From: Phoronis australis
Lineage: Eukaryota; Animalia; Phoronida
Direction of reading: 5' to 3'
Assembly: GCA_002633005.1 (NCBI GenBank)
Contig: NMRA01000284.1
Location: forward strand, 156,156 to 220,155
DNA length: 64,000 nt
Shown piece after piece: positions 17,601 to 30,338 of the stretch; within the stretch, counting starts at the first letter, position 1; every line of letters begins with the position of its first letter. A program made the translations under genes and the position numbers. The notes beneath the pieces were generated by a model. The model saw only the letters and a list, made by a program, of their open reading frames with translations. It was not told the DNA's origin and made no database searches.

Positions 17601-20600
17601 TCCCTGTGTCCCACTGTGCACCGTTGGTGTGTCTGCAGTTTTGCACATATCGTTCTCTCTGGTACTTGATGGAGTAGAGTAACTTACTGTAGACTTCAAT
17701 CTCTGAAAGTGTATATGTCTTTTTTGCCAGGTATTTTGAAATCACTAATCTACCATTAATTCTTGTTGAAGGCCATATCAAAGATCCGTGAGTTCCTACT
17801 GCAGAAAATCCAGCAGTTCCGCAAGCCTATGACTAATTACCAAGTGCCGCAGAATGCCATGTTGAAGTTCAGGTAGGGCTCTGAGGCATTGTGGGATAGG
17901 CTCTGTCACCTGTCTCAGGTAGCTTATTAACCATCGCTCATCATCAGTATTTTAATTTTGACCAGATATTGACCCAATTTTGACCAGAAATTGACCCGGA
18001 TATTGATCAGTTGGCTTATACCTGCGTACTATCATTAGTTCGTACAAGTTCAAGATTCTGCACATTTTGAAAACAGCGGAATTGATGTAATGAGGGTATT
18101 GCCACTAGTTGATCTAAAAACTATCTAATTGATTGATTTGTCATCAATTGTGTATAATGCTATGTGGTTTCAGGTTTTTCTATGAATTTCTTCTGGCGAA
18201 TGAGCGACAGGTTGCCAAGGAGATTAGAGACGAATACATTGACACGACTAGTAAAATCTATTTCTCCTACTTCAAGAGTTACAGCACGCGCCTGATGAAA
18301 CTACAGGTTTGTTGTTGTCCAGTGTATAGCTTATACTATGGAACTAATACTGATTGAAGTGTTCAGTAGTCTCTTCACTTTGATATCTACTGTCATGCCA
18401 TTTTGATTTGTAAGCTGTATTTGAAGCCAAAAACGGAAAGGTACACTGAAATCCACAATCATTTGTTGCATGGCTTGTATTGAAGGTGAGGCATGCTACT
18501 CACAGCGACACTCAGTCCTACCATGTCTGAGCTCCACAGGTGTCAGCACATGGCATACATCTGAAATGATTGTTCACTCTACTGCTTTACAAACTCTCTT
18601 CCAAAAATTGTTTTACCAAACTTTAGTTGGGAATGTTGATTTATTTTCAGTTTGAGGAAGTTGCTGACAAGGATGACCTGATAGGTGCTGATGACCAGGC
18701 CAAGAGAGATATCCTTGTTTCTGTTGGGGTGTGAAGTTGCTGTAAGCAGTGTTGTGTTAATCGGCATGCATTGTTCCTCGTCTTATAATTTTTAAATGCA
18801 CTATGTGGTTTGTTTGTAGTAGAAGACTGAGGTTATTTCTTGTGGATGTCACTTTATGAAAATTGCACTCATTTAACCCGTATAACATGAAATTGGTGCA
18901 TTGCTATAAAATGCATGATACCTAAATGTGGCCAACAGGTGGCGTGTGGACCAGACTTATAAATGTTTGTAAACACAAAAGTAATGTACATGCAAATAAA
19001 TATTGTTGAGCTGTTTGTATATTAAAAATATTGATGCTGAAGAATTAAAACTTTCAAGTGACTGTGTCTTTCAACTGTTGGCTGTCATGACAAAACTTCT
19101 GCCACATCTGTTTAGTGTAAAGAGCTTTGAATAGTGTAGAGATATTCAGTAGCCACCCACTCACAGCTATTTTTTGTAAGAGCTGTGCCATATAGGGTAA
19201 AAAATCAGAACATCAAACCTTGCGTGTGTTGCATTCGAATAGTACGTGCTGTTTACCAAAGTAGTCTCAACTTTTTTATGAGACCCCTGCACACAGGTGC
19301 GATCATATCTCTAGAGCGGATGAAGCTGGTTTCACTTTCCTTAACTAGTGCAAGCTTTTTCTCCTCCAAACCTTCACTCAAGAATCGCTCTACCATCTTT
19401 ACTGTGGGTAACCGTGGCTCTGTGTTGACCACTGACCTCGAGGCGCCAATCATTGTTCCCCACGCTGCTCAGAAGACAGAGACCAAGGTGAGCATGCATT
19501 TGATCCCAAGGCTGTATTACATTCTAGAGGCAGAGAGTGTATGACAAGATATTGATTCGTATGTTGTATGTACGGTGTTCTGAGTGTATACCGTGATCTT
19601 TGTGTGTAACATGTTTGTGACCAGTGAGTTTTAGAAACAAAGACGTGTTTTTAGTAACCACATAGTGCGGTTTTCCTTATGCGCCATTTACAGTACAAGA
19701 CGAACGTAGTATCGTTTTCCCATCATGGCGAATAATTCTAACTGTAAAAATCAAAGGTAATAACTATTAGGGTGGCAAAATTCTAATTACAGAATGGCTT
19801 ACCACCTTACTAACATCCTTCCCCTTCATTTAAACTCAATAAAAGAGACATGAAGAATACTATTCTGACGATAAGTTTCGGTTCCACCCAGACACCATGA
19901 CAGGCAATTCCAGGTCATTTTGTCTGAATACTGTCTGAATATTTTTTTCTTGTACTGTATCGTCGTTACCTTTGGTCTGTGCAATAATGGTAATACAGGG
20001 TAGTTGTGTTGAAACAGGGCCCTAACTTTTGCTCATAATTATTTCCAAGGGAGGCAGGAACTTACAAACTTTGCAGGCTGTCAATTTTATGTATTGAGCT
20101 TATGTTGATGTTGAACTTATTTTAATGTTAGCTTATTCTGTGGCGTCTCAGCAGTTTTCCCGGCACTCGTTGCATTTAGTGAAACACAAGGATGTGTGAA
20201 TGTGTGTAAAGATGCGCTAGTTTAGATGACAAGATTGTGTTTAATATTTAATTGAATCCAGATGAACACTTAAACAATACATGCTGAAAATGTCCCCCAT
20301 TAGGATTTAAGCACGACTTGATGCAGCAGAATAAATGTTGATAAGCGGCGTTGAAAAGTTTTCGCACCACACGCTACAGTTTGTTATTGCAATGGAGTTG
20401 TGCAGGTTTACGCGTATGTTTCTGATCTCTAGCTCAAGTAGAAAAACAATTATTAGCAAAAGTTGACCTGTTGCTGGAGAATTAGCTGGTGTCTCCTTGT
20501 ATACCTTGTTTGCTCTTATACCATGGTACGTAATACCCATGAGATGTGCTGAAGTTGTGGTAATGTCTTGCAGTTTACCTTTGAGAGTTTGTTCCGTAGT

Positions 20601-23600
20601 CAACATTACGCTCTCCTTGACAACAGTTGTCGGGAGTATCTGTTTATATGCGACTTCTTCATGGTGTCTGGACCTTCAGCTCAAGATCTCTTCAATGCCG
20701 TCCTGGGCAAGACTCTCTCCTTCTTCTTGGTATGACACTGTTTTTGTGTATTAAGTTAAGTTATAAAATATGAATCATGGTAAAAAGTCTGGGACACTGA
20801 AACGAAAGCCCAAATTAAATTTCCTTGATTCTGAAGACGATTTTGGTGTAATATTAGACACTGCTTTTTGTATGGACTACGTCTAAAAATTTATTTAATA
20901 TCTGCCGACGCATTGTTTTCAGCTCCCCCTAGTGTCTAACATTGAGGTGAATAGCCATTTGCTGCTGATTGGAATTTTTAATTTCTGATAGTGTCTATTT
21001 CTAAAGTTTAGTACAAGCTTCGGCCTTGATCAAAATATGGCACAAATTGAAGAATTTTTACCTTTTTTTCTTTGCTGTCATTTTAATAACACATTTTAGT
21101 TCCTGCCATTTGAAAATTTGCTATGATTTGAAATTAACATATATTCTGTCTAGTGATAGGTGTGTTTTGAATTCAACTCACTTGCGTTGCAGTAGAAAAT
21201 GCATTGCATGATCGAGGTAGCTTTTGAAAGGTTTGGCTATAAGTATCAGATGCTTCTTAGCTGAGATGAACATGAAAACAACGATATATTCCTGATCATC
21301 AGCATCGCAAGTCATTGTTGTGCAACTGCAAAACTTAACTTACTAGCATTAGGATGACGAATGTCAAAATGATTTTGCAGCAAAATGAATAGCAGGACAG
21401 CAGTTTAAAGCTGTGGGCAAAGTGCCCTGATGTCATGCAGCATTATGGGTAAATACTGCAGAATCAAACTATGCACTGTGGTAGTTTGGGATGTTGCTAT
21501 TGGATGAGGCCGGTAACCTGAAGTGGGAGTGGTTTGTATGTAGAAAGAGAATTACCACAGTGATTGTTGTCCTATGTTTTCAGAAAGAAATGAATGTCTA
21601 CACAAAAGAGTGCTTCGACTCTATAGCCATCATATTGTGTATACACATCATATACAGGTTCCAGGTCCTAATGCATAAAAGGGCAGTACCATCTCTGGAT
21701 AAGTAAGTATGACTGAGTGATGACATCTCATAGCTTTAAGTTGTAGTTGTTGTAGAATTATCTCTTTTTGCAAGTTCGCACTTGAACTTCACTGAGCATA
21801 CTCTACGTACCAAAAGTATTCACAACGGACAAAATGTCCCAAAATTCCCCGTCATGATCGCTTTGCGGACGTCAAATTCAGTGTCCAAGTATCCCTTCCT
21901 CACGGTGGAGAATGAAGGGGAATTAGCTGGTCTGGAAAGTTAGTGAAAGGGCTAAACCATTCTGTTATAATTAGCCATTTCTAGGAATTTCTGCTGTTAA
22001 TAGCAGAAACAAAACAACTTTCACCATTGAAATGATACAAATGGTAAAGAAATTCTCCATTCATTTCACACCAGAATAATTGGCAAATATTCATTTTTCC
22101 ATTTTTAAATGACTGATTAACATAGTAGTAAGCAAAATTTGTTTTGTGACATGTACACAATAATAGACTAAAATTTTCGTCATCTTTATTTTTGTGGAGA
22201 AATTTTCACAAAATAGTATTCTACTTGTCAGCCATATTGTGTGCTAAATAAGTGAGGAATTACCATTACTGTACCTGTCCCAACACAATTACTACACTAG
22301 CTGTGAGACCCAGGATGTAAACTCATTGCCTAACAAAGTGATTTGTGTTCACTAGGTACTGGGACACACTACAAGAGATGTTGTGGCCAAGGTTTCAATA
22401 TATTCTAGAGATGAACGTGAACAGTGTCAGGGAGTGTAACCCCCACAAACTGGGCCATATAGACATACGGCCACACTATGTAAGTATGCCAGAAATACGC
22501 TTTTAGATTTCTCGATTTTTGTTGCCTGTTATGTTACCTATGTAGTGCAATTCAGAAAATTTAACGTTTTTGAACGTGCACAGCCCTGACGTCTGGAGAA
22601 TGCAAGAAGTGATCAGTTGCCTAGCAACGTGACATGCTCTCCCATTTTAATTTCACTGGCTGCGTTCTTTGGAGGTATTAAGATCAGTCAGATAAGCAAA
22701 CGTCACCCCCGTCTTTTGCTAATGCAGGTTAGACAATACAGGTTTGGAATATCATCAAAGGGAACAGCAATTACAATGCGTGTTATAACTTTTTCTTCTG
22801 TTGTAGTTAATTGGTCTATTGTAATGCCAACCATTAACCATTCTTAATTGTCAGTTGGGAAATGAGACGTAGCACCCACTGAAAACAGATCACGTGTCAA
22901 CTGTTTCCCAGCTGTCCCTAAGACTTCAGGCGTTGTTTGTACCAGGAGATATTTTTAATTATTGTGGAGGTTCAAAATCAACAACCGTTCAGAAAATTCT
23001 GCTTACATGCATATGTGTAATGTATTTTACATGGCAACAAATGGAAAGCCTGTCCATTTTTTAAAAGATACGGACATGATTTGAAAACTGCTTTGAGCTA
23101 AAAACTTGTTGATCGATAAAAGCCCTCGTGAGTTTCGCTTAGGAGTTTCACACATTGAGCCCTGTCTGAAACACTGCAGGAGACACCAGACCAGGTGCAC
23201 TGAACGTGCCTTACAATAGGTCCAGATGGCTATAGGTGATTAGTTTTTGGTTCCTCTGATCACCATAATTAATTGGATGCAGAAACTCGATTAGCATCTA
23301 CTCATTTCTGTTATTGACTAGATGTGAATGCTTGATGTATACCTGTGGACGACTACTCAGTCATGTGATAGTCCTCAGCTTGGATCTCTGTGATTAGACA
23401 TTGATCTTTGATTCCTACCTCCAGATCACTCGTCGGTATGCCGAATTCTCCGCGGCGATTGTCGGACTCAACGAGAATTTCACCAGCGAGAAGGTGAACA
23501 GCATCCTGGGACTGTTGCAGACGGAAGTACAGAACTTTATTCTCAAGATGGCCGCCGAGTTTCAATCGCGGAAAGAACAACTTGTGTTTCTGATCAACAA

Positions 23601-25990
23601 CTACGACATGATGTTAGGTGTCATTATGGTGTGTACCTGTGTGCTTGTTTTCAAAAGAAACCTTCGAAAATTTTCTTCTCAACAACTGTTTACAATCATA
23701 ACTTAGACTAAAGTAATCCTGAAACTAGAAATTCCCTTTTCTAAATTTCAAGGATTTCCAACATTCTAAGGAATTATAATTTTTTTCAATATTTTAATAT
23801 TGTAGGTATTTTGTAAAATATTTAAATTAGTAATTAAAAGCATTAATGCCATGCTACTTTTTTGTGAAAATTGAGAAAACAAAAAATTCACCTGCCAGTC
23901 ATACTGTCTTGAATTGGAAAGATTTTAACGCAACTTATTTTGAAAACTATATTGTATTAATTTGAAACAAATTGTTCCTTGCTCAGCCTATGCTATGGAA
24001 GCTGTGTTACTACTCTGCTTTCTCTGGTCAACACTTCGACAATTTTTATCCTGGCTCTGAGATCAAACAGCTTTACTTGTTACCTAACACAAAAATTAAC
24101 CAATCAATTTTAAACTTCCATTCGAAGTGTACGTACTATGTGATTGGTCTGTTTTCGTGGCGAGCCGTGAGTATAGCGTGGTGGTATCTTGCCAGAAAAG
24201 AAATTTTGGGGCAAAAATTTTGTTTACCAGCTTAACTTGCTTAAAATCCTACAAGAATCCTTAAGAGGAGATAAGGAGGCCTAGTGGATTGAGTGTCTGT
24301 CTTGTGTTCACAAATCTGTTGGTTTGAATCCCACTGGACCTCACTGCTAAACCTTTGAGTCAGGTCTCTACCTCCTCTTCTTGGTCCTAATTTGTGTATG
24401 TCTATATGTGTTATGTTTTTATTGAATGGAAATAGTTTCAGGTGTTTGCTGCAATGGGCCTGGCTGATCGCCCTTCGCGCGTCTGATGAATGCCGTATTA
24501 GATCACTTGCACTATTTTTGCAAGAACCTCTCGTGATTGATGGATGTTTGTGTATTTCTTTAATTCTATTCTCTGTTTTTGTATATTAGGAAAGAACGAC
24601 TGACGACTCTAAGGAATCTGAAAGTTTCAAAGAGCTATTGGCAGCGCGTACGCAAGAATTTGTGGAAGAGAGTCTCCTGCCTCACTTTGGGGGTATGGTC
24701 GTGTTTGTGAAGGAGGCTGAGGCAGCAGTAGAGAGAGGTCAGGCAGACCAGTATAAACATCAGGAGAGTAAGTGTCAGTGATAATCATTTGTGTGCAAGT
24801 TTTGTCAGGCAAATAGTATAGCCATGTGGTTGATTTTTTTCTGAAAAACGAGCTTAAATGTATAATCATTTTTCTATTGACAATTGGGGTAGGTTAGTCT
24901 TGTTGGCATTTTGTTTTTGATAGTTCCATAATGGGGTGTGAATTTTAAGTTTGTACTGGTGTTTCTGAAAGCATAGTTGCGTACTATTTGTGTTTTATGA
25001 TTTCAGCTGCAATTAATGTCTTTGTGGTTTAATAAGGAATCTTCAAGACTTGAGCAACAACTATTGTTTTTGTAGAGAGAGTTCAGCAGATTGTACGAGC
25101 CTTCAACCATGATTGGAAGAAAGCTATTGAAACGATGAACCAAGAAATAATGCGGTCATTTACCAATTTTAAAAATGGAACACAGATTCTACAGGTGACT
25201 GTTTACTTCCATTACACTCAGTAGTGTATTTGCAATGAGTTGAAAATTCCAATCAGAAAATTTCATTTTCAATCTGTGAGGGATCATGTAAATCCCCTGC
25301 CCGGGATATCATTCTCGGACAAACATTACTAACAACTCAGGAAATGTGGTGACAAACAGCTGTAACTCCCAACTAACACCACGTTCTTAAGTGTGTATAA
25401 GAAGTTATTCAGACACGTGGTCTGCCTTCTGATTGGATGACTTGTGTTGCTTCATTAGTCTACTTGATAATTCCATTTCAAACTTTGTACTATCTCTCAT
25501 TGTTTGTCTCTAGCGTTACGAGCAAAAATACAAAATAATACAGCAATTGTTGGTAACATGGTGTCTGTCACTTTCACTTCGCTGCAAATACCTCAGACAT
25601 CCCCTTTTGTTAGGCAATTCCTCACAATTGTGGTGATTATGAAGGGAGAAAATATATTAAGTGCCTGTCCACAAAAGCAAGAACCTCGCTTAAACCCAAG
25701 ATAATGCAAGCTCCGTGAGTTGTTGCCATGGGTTACAAGTGTAGCGTTTGATCACACTTTAGCTTTCATCACGTAACTCAGCCCCGGACTATACCTTTAA
25801 AGACCCACACTATACCATTAAGGTATGTTGTTATACATTACAGGGTACTCTCACCCAGTTGATCCAGTACTATCACAGATTCCAGAAGATCTTGTCCCAG
25901 ATGCCGTTCAAGAACATGTCAGTCAGGAACGAACTGATCAATATTCACCACGTGATGGTGGAGGTCAAGAAACACAAGGCCACATTTTGA
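9473..25990 (+). CDS. VPS52: Vacuolar protein sorting-associated protein 52 (GARP/EARP complex subunit), 19 coding exons, 702 aa
   Basis: Exons: 9473-9502 (MEGGVIVTSE, inferred from phase and donor), 10482-10563 (LGELDLTSQDFLLDEVD), 11414-11466, 11968-12043, 12595-12662 (duplicate at 14138-14205), 15368-15481, 16191-16252, 17067-17217, 17772-17872 (KIREFLLQKIQQFRKPMTNYQVPQ), 18174-18306, 18651-18708, 19354-19487, 20574-20729 (FRSQHYALLDNSCREYLFICDFF), 21584-21702, 22356-22479, 23425-23628 (ITRRYAEFSAA...KEQLVFLINNYDMML), 24590-24767, 25076-25194, 25844-25990 (RNELINIHHVMVEVKKHKATF*). The total is 2109 nt in one open frame, and the motifs match vertebrate VPS52 throughout. Confidence 0.96.
12044..12594 (+). 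other. U12-type (minor spliceosome) GT-AG intron, VPS52 intron 4
   Basis: 5' splice site GTATCCTTT at 12044. Branch site TCCTTAAC at 12576-12583, close to the 3' AG (12593-12594). There is no polypyrimidine tract. Confidence 0.9.
12150..12276. repeat. ~22-bp minisatellite (TTTTTGCCAATTCCCCATGGAATGATA-like) in VPS52 intron 4
   Basis: Tandem units are directly visible. The duplicated block has a longer array at about 13660-13815. Confidence 0.85.
13105..13484 (+). mobile_element. Left part of a TTAA-inserted (Kolobok-like) non-autonomous element, cut off at a contig join
   Basis: Begins TTAA|AGGCGAAGGCAACC. The equivalent TTAA in the duplicate block (14660-14663) is empty. The sequence ends at the single N (13485). 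Confidence 0.6.
13486..14663 (+). repeat. Near-identical second copy of 11986-13104 (3' part of VPS52 exon 4, intron 4, exon 5, part of intron 5); probably the other allele
   Basis: Starts in mid-exon immediately after an N. The two exon-5 copies are identical. Differences are scattered SNPs, small indels and repeat copy number. Confidence 0.88.
15031..15280 (+). mobile_element. tRNA-derived SINE, copy 1
   Basis: A box TGGCCTAGTGG, B box GGTTCAAGTCC, shared core CACTGCTAAACCCTTGAGTCAGGTTTCTA and an AT-rich tail. Homologous to the copies at 24265 and 26991. Confidence 0.8.
16714..17082 (+). repeat. 11 x 33-bp minisatellite spanning the VPS52 intron 7 / exon 8 junction
   Basis: Unit TACTCCCTCTGTTGTTGTTCT(A/G)GCC(A/G)CATCATG. 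The last unit contains the acceptor needed for exon 8 (AG at 17065-17066). Confidence 0.95.
17262..17580. repeat. Degenerate tandem repeat with a ~135-bp direct duplication, VPS52 intron 8
   Basis: GGCACAGCTGGAGGG...GGCAAGAGTTCCCTGCAAGGTCACACTTT occurs at about 17322 and 17456. CCCTGTAAGGT subunits recur. Confidence 0.75.
18709..19353 (+). other. U12-type intron with probable AT-AA termini, VPS52 intron 11
   Basis: 5' splice site ATATCCTTG at 18709. Branch site TTTCCTTAAC at 19336-19345. The frame is restored (AKR-G-FFSSKPSLK) with a 3' end at ...TAGTGCAA (19353). Confidence 0.78.
24265..24520 (+). mobile_element. tRNA-derived SINE, copy 2 (more diverged)
   Basis: GGCCTAGTGG, GGTTTGAATCCC and the core CACTGCTAAACCTTTGAGTCAGGTCTCTA. 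Confidence 0.7.
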
Positions 25991-26990
25991 TTGACAGGTG
26001 GCGTGACCCCATTAGGTTGTGACCAGAGACAAGACTGGGAACTCCATGAAAAATTCACTATTTTCATGGATTGGTTGCAGTTTGATGTATGACAATTGTC
26101 ACGTCATTCGTTGGGAGTAGACAATCGACTGTGATTGTGACGAAACCACTGCTGCCACCTTGTGTGTAGCGAGCTTGTGAGCCGCTGGTTAACTTATTTA
26201 TTATTTGTCTTTTGTCAGAGATGACTATATCACCTGGGTCACTGTTGTATTGTCTTTACAGGGTATAACCCAATTTTATTTGGTCTTGCCTGGCAGTGTT
26301 AAGATAACTAGGTTAACATGTATAGTCAATCATTATTCTGATGGTCAGTAGATGAGGTTGGGACTGATTCTGAAATATCTTGATGAGGTGTTAGAGTCAT
26401 GTTATTGTCTTTTGTATCAGCCTGATGTCACGTTATCTTGAACATTTTAACTGGTGGACAGTTTGCATGAACTTTTTTTGTGGCCAGCAATGTTCTTTAG
26501 CCAGCCAGGACAGCAAGAACGTTATGAAATCCAGCAGCGGAGTAAATTATTTGAAGTTCTTTCCTTTCATTTCTTGGAGGTAACATTCTTGAAAGGCATT
26601 CTCAAAACAGAGTCTGTGTTAAATGACTTTACACAAGTAGCATATAACTGTGGGGTGGATAGTGGGGAGGCGCAAAGTATCTATTCCCCCTATTTTTTGC
26701 AATTATTTTAAAGATCCCAAATCCGTGTATCCTTGCAGTCTCCAACAATAATGGCAGAAGAATTTAAATGGTGTCCCCAGAACATTCTTGAACCACTGGC
26801 ATTCAAATAACAATGACAGTTTGTGGAAAACATTTTGACACAATTTTGATAATACGAAATCTTGCCTAGTTCCAATTCCAAACTGTTCTTAACCAATCAA
26901 AGATGTTAAATAACAACATCTTTAGCGTAATGATTAAGCACAATGTCTTCTGCCCTCCTCTAAAGGCTGCACGTCTCCTTTGGTTCCTTA

Positions 26991-27240
26991 GAGGAGGCAG
27001 TGTGGCCTAGTGTGATGGTGCCCGCCTTCTTTACTCAGGTCGTGGGTTGAGTCCAACTGGGTCACACTGCTAGACCCTTGAGTCAGGTTTCTACGTAGCT
27101 CCTCAGCTTGGTTTTAACTTTTTTTTTTAATAAAGCACAACAAATATTTCTAGGCAATCAGTGCAATGGGTCCACATGTGCGGCCTGCACACGTCTGGTA
27201 CAACGTGTATAAGACCGCCTGCAATTATTTTTTTTTATTT
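26991..27240 (+). mobile_element. tRNA-derived SINE, copy 3 (in the probable VPS52 3' UTR)
   Basis: Co-linear with the 15031 copy from head to tail (CAGTGCAATGG...GCGGCCTGCACAC...CCTGCAATTATTTTTT). Confidence 0.8.
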
Positions 27241-28253
27241 GGTTCTTTATCATCTCCTGCGGTTAAGTCAACAGTATATCTCGGTCTTCCTTCTTTAAAT
27301 AAGATTCAGCACTAAGTGCACGCCCTCGTTGGCATCTTGTTTAATGTGGCAAGTAGTCTTATTTAAGCATCACTTCCTCACAGAGTGTGATAGTGTCATG
27401 TATGTTTGGTGACGATTTAGGACTAATTTCGTTCCAAAAACCCGCCCAAAGTTGGCCCAAGAACCTTTACCAAAACAGCTAGTCCTGTATCTTTGTTTTA
27501 CAGAAACTGCTTGGCCGGCATGTGTGTTTTTCCTCAGTAGGCGTAAAAAGTCGCCCAATAACTTAACCGAATTTATTTTGGTATAAATATTCAATGTGAA
27601 AGCCCAGAAACACTGCCACGTTTTTCTGAATTTTCTTGTTCAAGTTTTTTTTTTTTGGTGGGGGTTCATTTTTTTTCCTAGATTATAGCAATATTTGACT
27701 GGGGCTGATGCAAATTAGTGAAACAGTTTTTAAAGTCAAAACCTAACAGCGTTTTAGAGAAGAGTGCAACTCATAGATCAAAGTTTCATCGGAATCCAGT
27801 CTGCCATTACTAAGGTAATGAGATTTGCGTGCAATTTATACGAGTAGGTATAGTTCAAGCTGCTATGTAACCCGCTTTTGACGAAAACAATCTCGGGTGT
27901 CCATTACTTGAGGTTAAAATATTCTGTGGATATAACGGCCAGATCGTGGTGTTTCATCCATCCCTTGATAGTAATCTAACTCTTTCTTTGCTCAGATTAG
28001 ACATGCTTTCTGGCATTTTGAGACATTGACAGCCTGTTATTGTTTGAGGACGTGATTGGCCACTTTATCTCAATTCGTTTCTATCCCAGATATTACCTCT
28101 ATGTGTGGTTGAGCAATTTGGGATCCATTTGATAACACTGTAATGGTTTTAATCAAAACACTGTTTTGACAGCGGGCGGATACATTGTATACTTTTTGTA
28201 AAATGTCAAAGTAAATTGTTTATTGAACTGTAATCGTGGTGGTATCTGCTCCT

Positions 28254-28259
28254 AATAAA
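28254..28259 (+). terminator. Candidate VPS52 polyadenylation signal
   Basis: AATAAA followed by T/GT-rich sequence about 2.3 kb after the stop codon. Not verifiable without transcript data. Confidence 0.4.
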
Positions 28260-28891
28260 CAGTAAAACACGCTGTATGCTTTGATTAATGTTGATTTATT
28301 TATTTAAAGCCCAGGGACCTGTTTTAAGAAAGGTGTGAGTTGGCCTGTAACTATAAAACGGTCGTTAACACCGTTCGTAGACGCAATGTTACGTCTTATA
28401 TATAAGAGCAGGACGTTATAAACGACGTTGAGTTAGTAATTTTTCGTATTCAGACTTAGCGACTGCCTTCTTGAGCCACGGTTATTAACCAACGACCTTT
28501 ACTTAAATTAAACACGACCCCAGGGTTGTCTAAGTCCAACGCAGCGTCATAGCTAGGTAGAGAAAGCCGAAATAGCGAACTTCGTACTGGAATGTATCGA
28601 GTAACCCTGCAATTCGCCCTGTTTATAAATGATCAAAAATTCGAGATATGCCTTCTAGTCTCATGACACCGGTCTTAAAATATTCATGGCGTGATAGGAT
28701 TCTATTTCCGATAACCTGAAACGTATCTTGAATCGACGATGGTTTCGATGTTCATGTCAGTAACGGAAATGTTATCCTATCACAGTAATCGATATTTTCA
28801 GCCAGCTTAACCGGGTGACATGCACCTTTCGGATCACAGTGTTATCGCGTGTCAATGCCAACTAGGAGTACTGAAGATACAAAACACTGAA

Positions 28892-29041
28892 CAGGGGCGG
28901 ATCCAAGATTTTGAGTTGGGGGGCATGGCAGAGTATTAGCCAGGGTTTTACCCGTATGACATTCGCACGGCCCCCCAAATGGAATCTGGAATCATTTTAG
29001 GGGGTATGGGTCCCTTGGCACCCCCTCTAAATCTGCCACTG
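28892..29041. mobile_element. 150-bp MITE with CAG(G/T)GGC(G/A)GAT terminal inverted repeats
   Basis: CAGGGGCGGATCC...AAATCTGCCACTG. It is the reverse-complement homologue of 39669-39821. Confidence 0.75.
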
Positions 29042-29364
29042 CTGCTGAATGGTGCTACACCAAATGTTGAAAAGACATGGCTTTAAATGTTGGAGCTGCA
29101 GAATAGTTGTCATGTTTTACGTAATGTAAGCAGATAGACTGGGAGACTTGATTCTAATGTCGGTGGAGCAATGTGGCCTATAATCTTAACAGCAGCGGAA
29201 CAAATCGTCTTCGGATCTATTTTCCACACATTTATGCCTCCAACTGACGAAGACAATGGTGACGAGATTTTGGCGGGAACAACGAATTGCAGATGAGAGA
29301 AAGGTTTGGTGGTCAGGCGACTTCACGTTTGGCAAATAATAGTAAAGGTCACAGCGGTTTACTC

Positions 29365-30338
29365 CATAGGCGGATTTAGGGGGGGGGGGATTTTGCAGGG
29401 GGAACTGTGGCTAAGTATAGGCTCTCCCACGACATCCCAGGCGACCAGCAGTGGCGCTGCGCACTACGACTCCGTTTCCGTCGTCTGCTCCACTGTGCAA
29501 TGAAGAAAATTTACTTCACCTTTTAAAGAAAATTGAACCTGAGTGACGATTAAAAAATAGAAGCTGCTGGTAAGATGTGAATTTTAATCGAAGCCTTAGT
29601 GAATCACTCAGAAACTCATAATTCTCTCTTTGTAAAACCTTAACTTAAGACAATTTCCAAAGCAATCCCGTCATTATTGCCAACAAGAAAAACAGGCGTG
29701 CGTTCAGTAGACGCTAGGACCTAAGCTAGGACCTAGCCAAGAGCTAGTCAAGGTCACGTGCTCTTATTTAAAATACACGGCAGTATCACGCGTAATCTTG
29801 CAAAGTCTTGCTTTTAAGCTAGGTCCTAGCGTTACTGAACGGGAGGCGGATTTGGACTTTTGGGCATTTAAAGACTATTTTAAATACAGCAACTTTGTTA
29901 AGAACTGATTGCGCAAAATGTATAACGTGTAATAAGCATTACAAAAAGAAGTAGGTTTCGCGCGCAAACGCTGTGGCCATAAACGAGTAGGTCTCTTTAA
30001 AATTTAGCAGTTAAGTCGTGGTGGTGTAGTGTTAAAGCACGCGCGCTCTATCCGCCCGGTCGTGAGTTCGAGTCTCTGGTACTGGTAGTTTTTCCTTTTT
30101 GACACGTTCTCCGTGTTTTTTTTTTTGCCTTTATTTCTTGGATAATACTTCAGGAATTAAGGAAAATGCTTGATTTTTAGAGGTTAGAACAGAAAAATTT
30201 CCTGGGCGGGAAACCCCCCTCCCGACCCGCTCCCCCCATTCGGTGCTATGCGCATCAACAATCATGGTTTGCGCAAATGCTTACAGCCGGACAAAATGTT
30301 GGGCCCCGGCCCCTTGTGATATTCAAGATCCGCCACTG
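29365..30338. mobile_element. Composite non-autonomous TIR element with 5-bp TSD, containing a nested palindromic MITE and a tRNA-like Pol III cassette
   Basis: TACTC|CATAGGCGGAT...GATCCGCCACTG|TACTC. Internal segments also match 1-99 and 1090-1198 of this window. Confidence 0.72.
29702..29840. mobile_element. Palindromic MITE family (GTTCAGTAACGCTAGGACC...GGTCCTAGCGTTACTGAAC)
   Basis: Inverted ends. Further copies at about 33860-34004, 40656-40811 and 58229-58364. Confidence 0.75.
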
